DNA of 64,000 nt from Carcharhinus amblyrhynchos. Its lineage: Eukaryota. The translations under genes were made by a program, and so were the position numbers. Under the pieces are notes generated by a model. It was not told where the DNA came from. It worked only from the letters and a program-made list of their open reading frames with translations, and did no database searches. Location: positions 31,000,001 to 31,064,000 of the forward strand of contig OZ336875.1 of NCBI GenBank assembly GCA_965287045.1. The letters are read 5' to 3'. Positions 1-12,139 of the stretch are shown piece after piece (within the stretch, counting starts at the first letter, position 1; the number at the start of each line of letters is the position of its first letter).

Positions 1-1506
1 AATTTAATAACTTGGCCTTTAGTCGTGATCCATTATTTCTGCTGCATCACAGCATGCAGCTACATTGTGCCCTTTTGTAGGATCAGCTTATATCAGTGAG
101 ACTTATGATACATCTTCACGCTCGGTTCTCCTCCTCAAATGCAAGCCTTGGCAGACCTTGTGCTAAAGTATCTCTGGGCCTTGTTGTGAACTGCTCACCA
201 CTTCTCAGGTGACGCTACAGCTATGATTCAGGATAGGCCGGGTATAGAGGGGGAAGAAATATTTTTTGAAAACCCAAAATGGAGTTCTTTATGGTAGGTA
301 TTTCAGAGTGATCATCAATCAAGTTACTTCTCAGCATTGTGACCCTCCACACAAAATGTTATGCTTAATTCCAGTCTTGGAACATTCATTCACTGTGGCT
401 ACAGAGTCTAGCAAAGCTTCCCAATGGAAGTCAAGGATCAAGGAATTGTTCCTAGTGAATACTTCTAGTCTAAACTATCGACTGAACAGTTAACATTTGC
501 ATGAATCAAAGTTGCCTGTCCATACAATTTGCTGCTCACTTTCTGGAATACATATTTCCAACCATACTTAGAAAGCCTGTGAGGTATTTTCACCCCCTCC
601 AACTAATGGCCCACCTTCAGTTTTGTGCTTCACTGTGTTGTCTTAAAAGGGCAAGAACTAATGAGCAAAATCTAAATGCTTTCTTTTTTTTGGTCCTCAT
701 TTGGGATACAGAGTTGAAAATAATTTGTAGTTTTGATTAACGCAGTGGCGCTGAACATAATTGGAAAGTGCTTAGTGGCTTTGGGGGCTGAGCAGCAGAA
801 AGCCTGACTGATGTGACTGAAAGCGGGATCCGCAGGGAGATATTATTCATTACCAAAAAGTTCTATAATTTCTACACAGATCACCACACTTCAGTAATTC
901 ACATCTTTAAAAAAAAAATTGGTTATTTTAAAACCATTTAAAAAGAGGTGGCACGGACGGAGAAAAAAAATCAAGAATGAAGAATAACAGCACCAGGAGA
1001 AGTAGTTTTAACTGCTCTCAGCTTTGCCTGCTCCACTATTATCTGAATTGGGTCAGTGATACAGGGCCCAATACATCTAGTTAGGAAGTGCGAATCCATT
1101 TGCAAGAGAAGACTATGTGGAGCACATTCTAAGGAATCAATGTTCCAGATAATGTACTGAAAGGAATGGCTTCATTAATAATTGACAGCATCAGGAGATT
1201 CTTGTCTGAATCCAAATTTAATGAGTATTTTAAAAAAATAAAAACAATGTTGATTTTTCAATGAAATACATTTCTCACGTTGAATGTTTTGAATGGGCCA
1301 ACAGATGGCTTGTAAAGACATGTGCTGCGTGCAGACTGAGTCATTTATTATTCACCAAGGGAAAGCTGCATTGGGAAAAGGGGACCCCCTATGGGTCAGA
1401 AGGAATTTTTGTTTTGTTTTAATCCACCTTTTGCTCCAAGTCAACATGGTTTCCACACTGGGGAAACTTCACAGATCTTCTCCCTTTTCCTCCCTCTCTG
1501 CTGCAG

Positions 1507-1688
1507 ACATCCTCTCCACTCTGAATTCGACAGCCTTCCTGGGTGACCAGGACGCGGTGATGAAGGCCATCCAAGAAGCTCGGAAAATGAGAGAACAGCT
1601 GCAACGGGAGCAGCAGTTGCAGCTGCCTGGGCTGGACGGGAAGATGTCATCCATGAATAGCCTGGGAATGAACTGCACGGGTAATAAG
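1507..1688 (+). CDS. SOX6: SOX6 internal coding exon, second coiled-coil region: (D)[60 protein letters not shown]
   Basis: Polypyrimidine tract and CTGCAG acceptor ending at 1506; GTGGGT donor at 1689; 182 nt, phase 1 to phase 0. Peptide matches recalled vertebrate SOX6 '[37 protein letters not shown]'. Upstream exons lie outside the window. Confidence 0.95.
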
Positions 1689-3193
1689 GTGGGTGTTTGT
1701 ACTGAGAGGTCCCCTGCAACACAATTAAAAAGTACACTGACATCTATTTGTTGTTTGAGTGGCCTCTAGGGTGGGAATGAATTTTGAGCTTAGTTCCATC
1801 ATTCCACTCAGCCTTCAAAGTTAACAAGGTAGAGTTTTCACTTCAGGAGCAATCAGAAATCCAGGTGCAAACTTCACTCAAAGTTGTGCTAAATTTTCAG
1901 AATTAATTCTTTTCACTCATTGTTAATGACCAATAATTTTTTTATGTAAAAGTTTGAATTCCCAGTTAGGAGAATTAAACAACGAGGTTTGGTTTTAGAC
2001 AAATAAAATAAACTTTACTATATAAGGTCAGAAAAGTAAAACGATCTACAAAATCTATCTTGTGTTAATTCTGAATGTTGGAAAATGAGCTACATACAAA
2101 TTAACAGGGAAACTTGCTCATTAAGTGGCAGATGCAACCAAGACAGATCCTGTGGATTTCTCTGGAAGCCACCCAGATGTTGGTGGCCACTGTGAGTCAC
2201 AATGTCTTGTTTACAGCCCTGTCTCCTTTGAGTGATATCAACTCCTCACTTTTAGAAAATCTAACCTCTGAATTTCCTTAAAAGCCATGGCAAGTCAGAC
2301 TGCCTTCAAGACTGCTTACCTCCTGAGATTGCATTCCACAGGATTCACAAATCTGTGCACCAGCTTCTAACTACTGATACTCTTACAACTTTTCCTGCCT
2401 GCTAACTGACAATTCCCTGGGCTTCTCTGAACCCTTCTCCCAACTGCACTGAGCTGTAAATGGCTCCTAGGAACCAGTGATCTTCCATCGTCTTTTCTGC
2501 TCTTGAGGTCTTCTCTGAACTGCCTGGAGCCTGAAGACATCTATCAGGGCCATTATCGGAGCTGCAAACCACACCAGTTCCAAACTGCAAACAACAGCTG
2601 CTCCCATGGCTACTTCGAGCTCAAGCTGCCTTACCAACAGCAGCAACCTTTCAGAATAGCCTCTTTCCCCTGCTGTACTCATTCACCCTCATGGAAAACA
2701 CACAATAAATTTAAACCAGAGAAACTTCCACCCATCTCCATGCAAATGTAACCTACAGTAGTCTATCCTCAAACTGATCTCTAAGTCCAGTTTTATGATT
2801 CCTACCTTTCTAGCTTAAGTCAACATGGCCATTCAATTTAAAAACAAAGGAAATAATCATCAGGAGGTCTACATATTGGGTCCAATGTTTTATGTTTAAT
2901 TAACTCCAAGCTGCTTTAGTTGCATTTATCCCATTTGCTACAGTTAAACTTTAATCTTCTGGGAACTAAACATTACTTCTAAAGTATTAACAAGAGCCAT
3001 TAATTAGAGGCTTTGTCACAACTCATTTGCGTATCGCCAAATATAAAATTATTCATGAACCATTGCAATTGGGTAGCAATTTACAATGTACTTAAGTTTT
3101 AAAAAAAACTTTGAATTAAAAAATGCTCTTGATACATTCATAACAGTTTCATTAATACAGCTAAAAATCAGTTTATCACAAAAAAAAGTAAAT

Positions 3194-3270
3194 AGTCTCA
3201 ACACCAGGTTAAAGTCCAACAAGTTTATTTGGTAGCACAAGCTTTTGAGCGTTGCCCCTTCATCAGGTGA
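3194..3270 (-). mobile_element. Penelope-like pLTR fragment with a degenerate minimal hammerhead ribozyme
   Basis: Same core (CACCAGGTTAAAGTCCAACA.GTTTATTTGG) as the elements at 15638 and 54044. The minus strand reads TCAC-CTGATGA-AGGGGCAACGCTC-AAAAGCTTGTG, with the expected CGAAA mutated. Confidence 0.6.
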
Positions 3271-4955
3271 CCGATTTTAAATAATTAAAAATACTTTTTA
3301 AAAGATATACAGAACAATTTACTAGTATCATTGATGTACAATAGTCAGTTTCTTAGTAAATTATTTTTATAATTACAAGTTTTAAAAAGGTGTTGTATTA
3401 GTTTCCTGGAGCTAAATAAAAGCTTAATTTTAAAATCTCCTAGAAAGCCCAAAAATGAGGGCCATTTGTGGAAACTTGCTATGATAACTAGTTTGATCCC
3501 AGGCATGGTCAGTATTGTGGTTTGGGGCAGATTTCAACATCATTTCTGTTTTGGAACTTGAACAGAAAATTGCTGACCTCTGATTTGCAGTGAACTTGAT
3601 CTTTTGCACTGGGTTAGACCATTCTGAACCCGCAAAAGCCTGGCAGAAACTCCAGGTCTGGGTTTATTTTGAAGTAAGGTCCACAGTTTGAAAATCAAGG
3701 CTTGTGTGCCAATAAGGGTGAGAATTTTCCCCAGCCCAGCTTGTGTAGATTCTGAGTATATTTCAAGAAACAGTTAATTGGGGAACTTCTCATTACACTA
3801 GGAAACTCCTGGGGATCTATAGCATCATGAATTATCTTTACACATGAGACAATTAACTGAACAAAAACACTCAGGTTACACTAGGGAACTAGTTTTAGTC
3901 CCCATATTACCATTGGAAAATCAGGCACAAACTAAATGCTAAAATTAATTGATATGTTTGCATCCTTGCAGTTTGATAGATAAGGACTTGGCTACCAATT
4001 TGCCACCATTTCTACAAAGGATCAGAATAATTACCAACAACTGCTATGAAAGCTAGATCATCACCATTAGATTATATCTCAGCAAAGGGTTAATTCAGCT
4101 CCCTCATACAATCAGATTGCAAGTCCGGGACTTTCTGATCCTTCCTGCTAGCAGAATCTTCAGGTCCCGTCAAATTTAACCTCCACTAGAGATTCCCTGG
4201 CAGCAGAATGGGCGAGCCATGGAAAATACCATAGACTTTGGTGAGATCAGCCAATGGCAAGCCGCTCCCACCAAGGGGAAACCGGCCCCATGGTTTCGAT
4301 TTTAACCTGTAAAACTGACATATCAGTCAGCGACCCAATATGTAGACCTCCTGATGATTATTTCCTTTGTTTTTAAATTGAATGGTTTCTAGAATACAGA
4401 ACCAATCCACGATGTTGTGCTTACACACCCAGGTGCCACGTTGCGCACTTGGGCCAGTAACTCAAAGCAAGTTGATTTGATGTAATCAAGGAAACATTTG
4501 AACAAGATTGCACTAACATTGATAGAAGTAGGGCAGACAAAATAAAATTAACAATAATCATAATTCTGTTATTTGCTTTTTCACAGATTATTATTTTGAT
4601 AACACCTCTTTATGACTTGCAGCTAATAACTTGTTCGAAGACAATTTGGTATAGGCTTACCTGAATTTCAAAGAATGAATGTCCCTTGTTAATATGTATT
4701 TAAATTCTGGATGCTTTGTTGCCAACTGGGTCACACTGTTAAGGCCAATACCATTTACGACAAGGGGAATTTCGTAAAGAACCTGCTATTTAGTGTGAAG
4801 CAGCTCTAAGGTCTGAATCCTTTGGATGATGGGGCTTTGGTTCCCATAATCCGAAGAGTTGGGGGTAACACACCACCACCAACTCTGACTACCGCACACC
4901 AATTTATGCTCCAGTGAGCAGTGATTGGCTGTGGGTGGGACTTCCATCCACTACA

Positions 4956-5292
4956 GGCAGCATGGTGGCACAATGGTTGGCACTGCTGCTTCTCAATGCC
5001 AGAGACCTGGGTTGAATTCTGGCTTTGGGTGCCTATCTAGTGTGGAGTTTACATGTTCTCCCCGTGTCTACGTGGGTTTCCACTGGGTGTTCTGGTTTCC
5101 CCCCACACTCCAAAGATGTGCCAGTTTGGTTGATTGGCCATGCTAAATTTCCCCTTAGTGTCGGAGGAGGGGGGGGTAGTGTCAGGATAAATGCATAGGG
5201 TTATGGAGATAAGGACTGGATGGGATTGTTATTGGTGCAGTCTCGATGGGCTGAATGGCCTCCTTCTGCACAGTAGGGATTCTATGATACTC
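4956..5292 (+). mobile_element. HE1-like V-SINE with CR1/HER1-type tail
   Basis: tRNA-like head (TGGCACAATGG...GGGTTGAATTC), V-domain (GTGGAGTTTACATGTTCTCCCCGTGTCT.CGTGGGTTTCC) and tail GATGGGCTGAATGGCCTCCTTCTGCAC...GATTCTATG. Confidence 0.85.
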
Positions 5293-5299
5293 GAGATGA

Positions 5300-5892
5300 G
5301 GCTAGCCTTAGAGAGTAGCCAGCCAATTTGATTGGTCAGCAAATCTCTTGTCCCTGCCGCAACCAGCACTGCGGTGGACAGAAGAGGAAATTCAAGAAGA
5401 GGTCAGAGACAAAAGTCTGGAGGCCCAGGTAAATTCAAATGGTCCCAGGGTGGCATGGGCAGGGGAGGTCTGAGGAGTTGGGGGGGGCAGGCAATCAAGG
5501 TCTTGGGGGAGGGGAGAGAGGGAGGCCATCCGACCTTTAAGAAGTGGAGAGGGGGATCTGTCAAAGGTGCCTCCCTCCCATCCCTCCCCACCCAAGATGC
5601 AACTTATTTGAGTATTTTGGGCTTTCCTCAGGGAGGTTCTATCTTCCTGCCAGCCTAAAAACTGAGGCTGGATGGGATGGCCATTAATTGGCCACTTAAG
5701 GACCCCAGTTGGGGCAAGGATGGGCTTGCCTTCCGAAGCCTTTCCCACCCCAGCGTAAAATCACTGTGTGGTCATTGAGGCTGGCTGGAGCCCAGAGGGA
5801 ATCCTGTCCCTTCAATTTCACCACCCCTTCCTGACCCCGTCTTATCCTCCTTGCCTAAAAGCCCACTCGTGTGGGAGTACAAAATTCAGGCC
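5300..5892. mobile_element. GC-rich non-autonomous DNA-transposon-like repeat (PIF/Harbinger-like end)
   Basis: Ends in AAAATTCAGGCC like the other MITE termini here; similar G/C-run sequence occurs at about 44490-44700 and 63060-63580. Confidence 0.4.
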
Positions 5893-7039
5893 TTTGTCGG
5901 GTTTACTTTAAAGTTTTGACCTGTCATATCCAGGAAAGGAAAAGTGCAAATCCATAGCCTGTGGTGGATCCCAACTGTTTCAGTTGAGTAATATTAGATA
6001 GAAAAGTACTTGTGAATAACTCAGTGGAGGTAGTGTGAGGCCAAGTGAAATACTCTGGCCTAACCTCTGAAGAGCATTCATGACACTCTGTTGGACACTT
6101 GCAGGCCAAGTGTGGGTAGCAGAGTTATGGATTGACTGGGAATGCTTCAGTTGAGCCCTCCACCGCCTTAACTGAATTTTGTAATTTGATTTGAATGACA
6201 AAATTTGTCAGAAACAGATGACTGAGGTGAGCCTGATATGTTTAGAATTCACCAGAGAGGCAACCTGTCTCTCCAGGGCATGTTGCGTCAAATGGAGGCG
6301 TCCTGTCTCAGGTAGAGAAAGAATGACTGAAAGATGGCTGAGAATTTCAGGTTGTGCGCAGGTATAAAAACCTGGTAAATGAGCACATGATCTGTAATGT
6401 TCAGAATTGTTTGTCCACCGCTTCAATTTCCATTACAGGAATAACTCAGAGGATGAAACCCAATAACGCTCATCCATTCCATTGCCACTTCACTCCCTGT
6501 AGAATGTGACTCACTTTGACTTCAATTTAATTCCCACAGGTAGAAAGCTCGCAGGAAACGACTATTTATTTTGACATTTGATTTATAATCTGTGAAGCAT
6601 GTAATATTTTAATGGAATTTCCTGCAATGTAAATATATTCCTATTTATAAATGGCTTGTATAAAGTGAGCATTCAGATGAATTGAGACAGTGGAGTTTGG
6701 GAATGGATTCCTAACGTATTGTGCAATATGTTTAAAAAAATAATTGGTGCAGTGCATTTTATGCTGGGATAAGAGAGGTTAGGGTAGAAACTGGTTCTGG
6801 TTGCAAACATTTTTGAGGTACGAAGCAAGTAGAAAAAGCATGAGTATTTAAATATAGTAATGAGGGGCTGATTTCCTGTCGTAAAGAATCGGGGAGCCCA
6901 GAATGGATGAGGCCTCATTCCTGCAATGCTTAGGTTTCTGGAACCCCATTCGGACACGGCTTAGCCAGTGGTCTCCAGTGGAGATGTATGTGAATCTGTT
7001 CTGTACTGTGGTCCAGCCCGCAGCAGAATTCCAACATGT

Positions 7040-7800
7040 CAGCCATGGCTTAATTGGCCCTTCTCTCACATCTCTGAGTCTAAATGTTGTGGGTCTAAGT
7101 CCCGCAAAAATCAAGGCTGGCACTCCACTGCAACTGAGGAAATACTACATTGTTGGAGATGCCATCTGTCAGATGAGATGTTAAACCAAGGGTTCATGTA
7201 CCCTTAGTGTTGGGTTCATTCATTCCTTTGAAGAAACTGGGAGGACTGCACTAGTATGAGTTTTAAAATGGTTTGATTTTATTGAAAGAATTTAAAAAAC
7301 TTAACTAGAAGCATGAGAAAGGCCAACTTGGAGATTGGCTTCTCAGCCAGGCTTTCAATTCCAAACTATGTTTCAACCCTTATCTCATTATTGGAAGTGT
7401 TTCTCACAGGCTGTCTCCATCTAGAAAAACAATCCTTGCAGCTGCTGTTGTGCTGTCGTTTGCCTGCATTGTGTACCCTTCGGGAATGCAGTTAATTTTT
7501 AGCTAACCCAGCATACCTTCAGATTTTACATGTAGTCAAACTAGCTACAATTGTTAAGCTTAGCAGAATTAGTTAACTCCTACAGTCTTGCATTTAAATG
7601 TAACTGTGCATCGGCAGAAATATCTTAAAAATTAAGTCTTTGCATAGACTGAAGCAAACAGGACCACGCATACACAAGAGCCATCAATTAGATAAAGGGT
7701 CCCTGAGGGCTTTGAGGAAATCCAGGGGAGTTTTTCCCCAAATGTCATTGCTAATATTTATCTCTCAATTAACAGTGCAAAAACATATTTCTTGGCTCTA
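7040..7800 (+). mobile_element. DeuSINE (SacSINE1/AmnSINE1-like), split by a ~490-bp insertion at about 7204-7690
   Basis: 7110-7200 (GGCTGGCACTCCACTGCA.CTGAGG...GATGAGATGTTAAACCAAGG) and 7715-7795 (CAGGGGAGTT...AATATTTATCTCTCAA) match consecutive parts of the Deu-domain consensus as recalled. Confidence 0.65.
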
Positions 7801-8259
7801 CAGTCTTTCTCCAGATCACAATCACCTTCTTCCCCTCCTCAACCCCCGCTCCCCCCACCCTCAGCCACCAACACATAACTCCCTCCACTTAGGGACTTTT
7901 CTGAGGTACACCAGGAGTTAGCAGATCACACTGAATATTTAGAAGAAGCCCAAGGTGGTCCTTGTGGTCCTCAAACTGTATTCTTTGGTTACATAGATTT
8001 TTTCCTTGCACTATTTTGTCACATTCAAAGCCGCCTGAATGAATTTCGAGGCACTTGAATGAATCATTATTCCCTATACCACCCATTTCTTTAATCAACT
8101 GAGTAACCTTTTATCTGCCTTATTTTAACAAGATCTCAATAATAATGAAAGGAGAAAGGCAATTAAGTCCATCTCTTTCATCCGTCCAGCAAGACACTGA
8201 CACTTCTTTACTGGGGCATCCGATCGATTCTGAAATGACTGCAGGAATTTCATCCTCAT

Positions 8260-8745
8260 GCTCTATTCAGGAGGCCATTCCATGTACAGATTATTCCTTA
8301 TGTGAAGAATTTCCTGATATCATCCCTAAATTTGCTACTGAATCGTTTGCGCCTGTGACACCTTGACATATATTCGCAATTTAGTTTGAAGTAATTTTCC
8401 AGATTTATTTTTCCATACCATTTACTATGTTACACAACCCCTCAGATCACCATATGGTAGAGCGATTCATGAAAGCAAAATGAGCCAGTTGGCAGAGAGC
8501 CATTTAAAAAAATCATTAATTTCCTTAAACATGTAGTTGAAATGTGGTCTTGCATTTCATCTTTTTATTTTAATTCCACCCAATTATTTGATCATTATCC
8601 CCTTTGCTTTTGTACAAGTTAGTGTATAATGGCACATGGTCTATTGAGGAGCCCATTCCATGCACTGACCATTCTTTGCATGAAGAATTTCCTAATCACA
8701 GCCCTAAATTTGGTGCTGGATTGTTTCAGCCTGTCAACCCTTGTT
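8260..8745 (-). mobile_element. Two ~100-bp copies of a decayed CR1-like LINE fragment (8262-8365 and 8641-8745)
   Basis: Direct repeat CTATT.AGGAG.CCATTCCATG.AC.GA.ATTC.TT..TGAAGAATTTCCT.AT.A...CCCTAAATTTG, resembling the reverse of a CR1 ORF2 3' region. Confidence 0.5.
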
Positions 8746-9479
8746 ATAGGTTCACAATTTCTGGCATGTTGCTGCACTGTTCCTGCCTGCTGGGGCAGAC
8801 CAGTTCCTGCCCTCCATCTCCATGCCGTGCTGGTCTTCATGGACAACATGTTGCTGGATCTACGGAGGCTCCTATGCCATGGATTCCATACAATACTGTG
8901 CCTGGGGTTCAGGAGCATTGGGGTCTCCTTTCCCCCTCGTGCCTGATGGAGACAAAGGGGACAAAGTGGAATAAGAGCCATGCAAGTAGTGGCGGGGTGG
9001 GGATGTAGGGCGAGGGCTTGCAATGGCAGACAGAAGGGCAAGGAGATGGCTGAAAAAGGCAAACGATGGAAGGCAGTGGGAAAACTGAGGAATAACTTTC
9101 CTAATTTTTTTCTCTACCATTGGCTGTGCTCAGTGTCTAATGCATGTTTTCCATGTCTGCAATTCCTCGGTTAGGGAAAGAGGATAAAAGTAGGCAGTGA
9201 AATTCGTGGCATGGCCAGGTTTTTCAGGTCTTGGCTACGTGCAGGAAATGGGCAAAATTCCCTCTAATGAGAAACACGGAGCTGGTTGTATGCTCCCCCA
9301 CCCTTACACCTGTGCTGCCACTTCATCAAGGAGTAGTCTGGCTCACTTCTTAAGCTCATCCATGCTCTTTAACTTCTTCTGAGGCTCAAATGAACTTGCA
9401 TCAGCTGAGAGTGGGAACCATTCCTAACACAACCCCCCAGAAAGAACTAACGTTTCTGACAACTTTTGAAAGAATGTGC

Positions 9480-11300
9480 CTTTGGCTGAAACCAAAATGC
9501 ATGAGGATCTCATCACTTACCAAATTCGGGCCTGTTTTCTCTTATTTGAACCTCCAGTTGGATTGTTGCCCCTTTCATAACACTGAAATAGTCCTAATCA
9601 AAATGGAATTCTCTGCGCATTGTCCCTCTTTATCCCTTTTTGAACTCTCTGCAGTCTTCATCACACCTATCCAACTCCAATGAATCTCTTGTTGTCCAAT
9701 AGGACTGCCCTTGCTTGGTTCTACTCTTAATTGTATCCAATCACAACCAAAGTACCTCTGCCATGTGTTTTTTCTTCCAACACCCACATTAAGTTCCCTG
9801 AGGATTTATCCTCGGTCCCCCTTTCTTTACCCACCAGCTTCTTCTTGGCTTCAATCATGGAACAGGATTGTCCTATTTTGAGACCAAGTGCAGTGCTATG
9901 TTACTGGCCGGAATGGTGGGATCCTGCACCAGATTCGGAATATGTACAGGCGAGTTCACCTCCAACTCTCCTGGCAGGCCAGCAGCTGATTTGTCCGCCA
10001 TCCTCAGCTGGTGGATTCAAAGATCCCGGTGCCATATTTAAATATCAGTCTAGTACACTTAAATCACTCCTCCCCAGCCCACCCGATTTCACCAGACCAT
10101 TGCTAGATGTCAGAAACCTAAAGGGAAAAGGCTAGCAGCCTCAAGAAGAAGTCTGTTCATCATTCCAACCATGCTTTCCCTGAGCTCATCACCTGCGAGG
10201 TGTCCATGAGCCCCTTGGCCCTCCATCCAGCACCTCTAGATTCTCCATCCATCCCCTTCCAATAAACAATGTGGTATCTCTTTGTCCGCTTTGTTTGAGA
10301 GGTTTTCAGGCAGCCTTATCAGGATCCAGCTTCCCTCCCTTCCGACCTCTCTCTGCCTTCCATTGTTTGCCGCCTTCATCCGCCTCCTTGCCCCTTTGCC
10401 TGTCATTGTAAGCCCTCACCCTAAACCTCTTCTTCTCACAGCCCTCAATCCACATTGTCCCCCTTATCCTCATCAGGCATGAGAGGGCGGGGGGGTGGGG
10501 GTGGGATGGAATGAGACCTCTGTACTCCCGAACCTCGGGCACAGTACTGAACAGAGACCATGACACAGAAGAGCCCATGGGTTCAGCAGCACGATGCTTT
10601 CCATGAAGACCAGCTCGGTGTGGAGATGGAGGACAGAAACCGGTCAGTCCTGGCAGAGTGGTGTGCAGTGCACCAGAAGCAGCGCAGCACTGTGGCAGAA
10701 AGGCTTTGTTGCACACACCTCAAAGTCTCTGGCAAACTGGGGACCACCTTATGAACATCACTGCTTAGCAATCGGGTTTGATGCTGATGTGATTTTCTGC
10801 TGGTGTGATGTAAAATTGGGAGGCCTGACTGGACACTGGCAGGTGGTGGCTTTAATGAGCATTCCTGACATACAAGTAGCATTTGTGCCATCTACTATGG
10901 GGCAGAGTAATCTGCGATTTACCCACCACTGGGAGAATTGCAATGTAATTTTACACCGGCAGGCTTCCAATTTTTTGGCTCTCGCAAGATTCTGCACACC
11001 CACCCGCCACCAAATCCATTGTGGGTGGGTTGGGAGAATTCTACCAGTAGAGTCTGCAAACATAGAGACCAGCTTTCACAAGATCATATTCATTTTTACC
11101 TTTTGGCCACATTTAATTCTCCACCGCTCCCACTTGTTCCCTCCAGCACTGCCCCCAGAACTCCTCCACTGCACTGGGACTGCCCAGCATCCAGCCACAA
11201 TTCTCTCCAGCTGAACATTGAGAGGAGTAAAGCAATTGCGCTTATTCTCTGCCACAAACGCCACACTTACACCAAATACTGATGGAACTTCCGTCTCTTT
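9480..11300 (+). mobile_element. Decayed L2-clade LINE RT, interrupted by a ~1.2-kb DNA-transposon-like insert (about 9860-11047)
   Basis: QLDCCPFHNTEIVLIK...FELSAVF resembles QSGFRPxHSTETALxK...LDLSAAFD; a VPQGSVLGP-like stretch lies near 9795; the element resumes at about 11100 with SLQLNIERSKAI, resembling FLQLNIGKTEAI. Confidence 0.6.
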
Positions 11301-12139
11301 GTGTGTAATTTGCAACTCACAGGGTATGCTCCAAGCATAACTTCTGCAAAGATGCGTTGTGGAAATGCAAACTTCAGTTTCATTTCACAAATTGGTAAAC
11401 CCATTTTCTAACGGCACTGGTGGAACTTGCTTTTGCACGTTACAGAGTTCTCAGAATACCCTCAGTGGGTTCAAGAATAGCTTAAAACAATCAATGGGGA
11501 ATTCTTGACAGAGAGGTTAATTGTTGATTTTGAAGGGGGTGTTGACATGAGAGGGAGGGTGCAAACTCCTGGTCACACAATGCAAAAGAAACCTACCTAT
11601 CCCTACTCGAGCACCAATAATTAATTCAATGCAAGGTCTTATTAAACGGGCAGAAAATCTAAACGATTTTTTGAAGCACCGTATTAATTGTCGCTTTCAT
11701 CATTGACTTTTAACTCTTGAGCACAACATTTCGTAATGCCTTATTATTTCATTACCTGCATTGGACACAAGTGCAGGATCGGTGACAATGTGAAAACATT
11801 TCCACTTCACCAACATAACCTATTGGAGTCATGGGTCAATGGCAGAGTTGTTGAATCACACTGGTCACGTGCGCACTTGATCTATTTCCTCTAATTGCTT
11901 TCAACTATGTGATCAGAGTTAGACAAAAACACAATTAAATATATATTTATTTAAATTATAATGAAGTGCTAGTAAATATTTCACATACCAGGAGCAGGTT
12001 TTCCCCAGTTAATGTCAACAGAAATAAATGCATGTTTACTGCAAAACGTCAACTATCATGCCATTATACTGTGAGGACGTTGTGTTGAAATTTTCCTTCT
12101 CTGTAACTATTTCTTCCTTCTCACATTAATCTATTGTCC

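Noticed and set aside
1441-1506. In-frame 66-nt upstream extension of the first exon via the AAG at 1438-1440
   Set aside because: The frame is open, but the extension is largely the polypyrimidine tract of the strong acceptor at 1506 and I recall no homologous peptide; unsupported without RNA data.
1945-3020. Solo LTR (TGT…ACA); a similar candidate at about 19909-20209
   Set aside because: The composition is LTR-like, but no target-site duplication or second copy is visible, so the boundaries cannot be supported.
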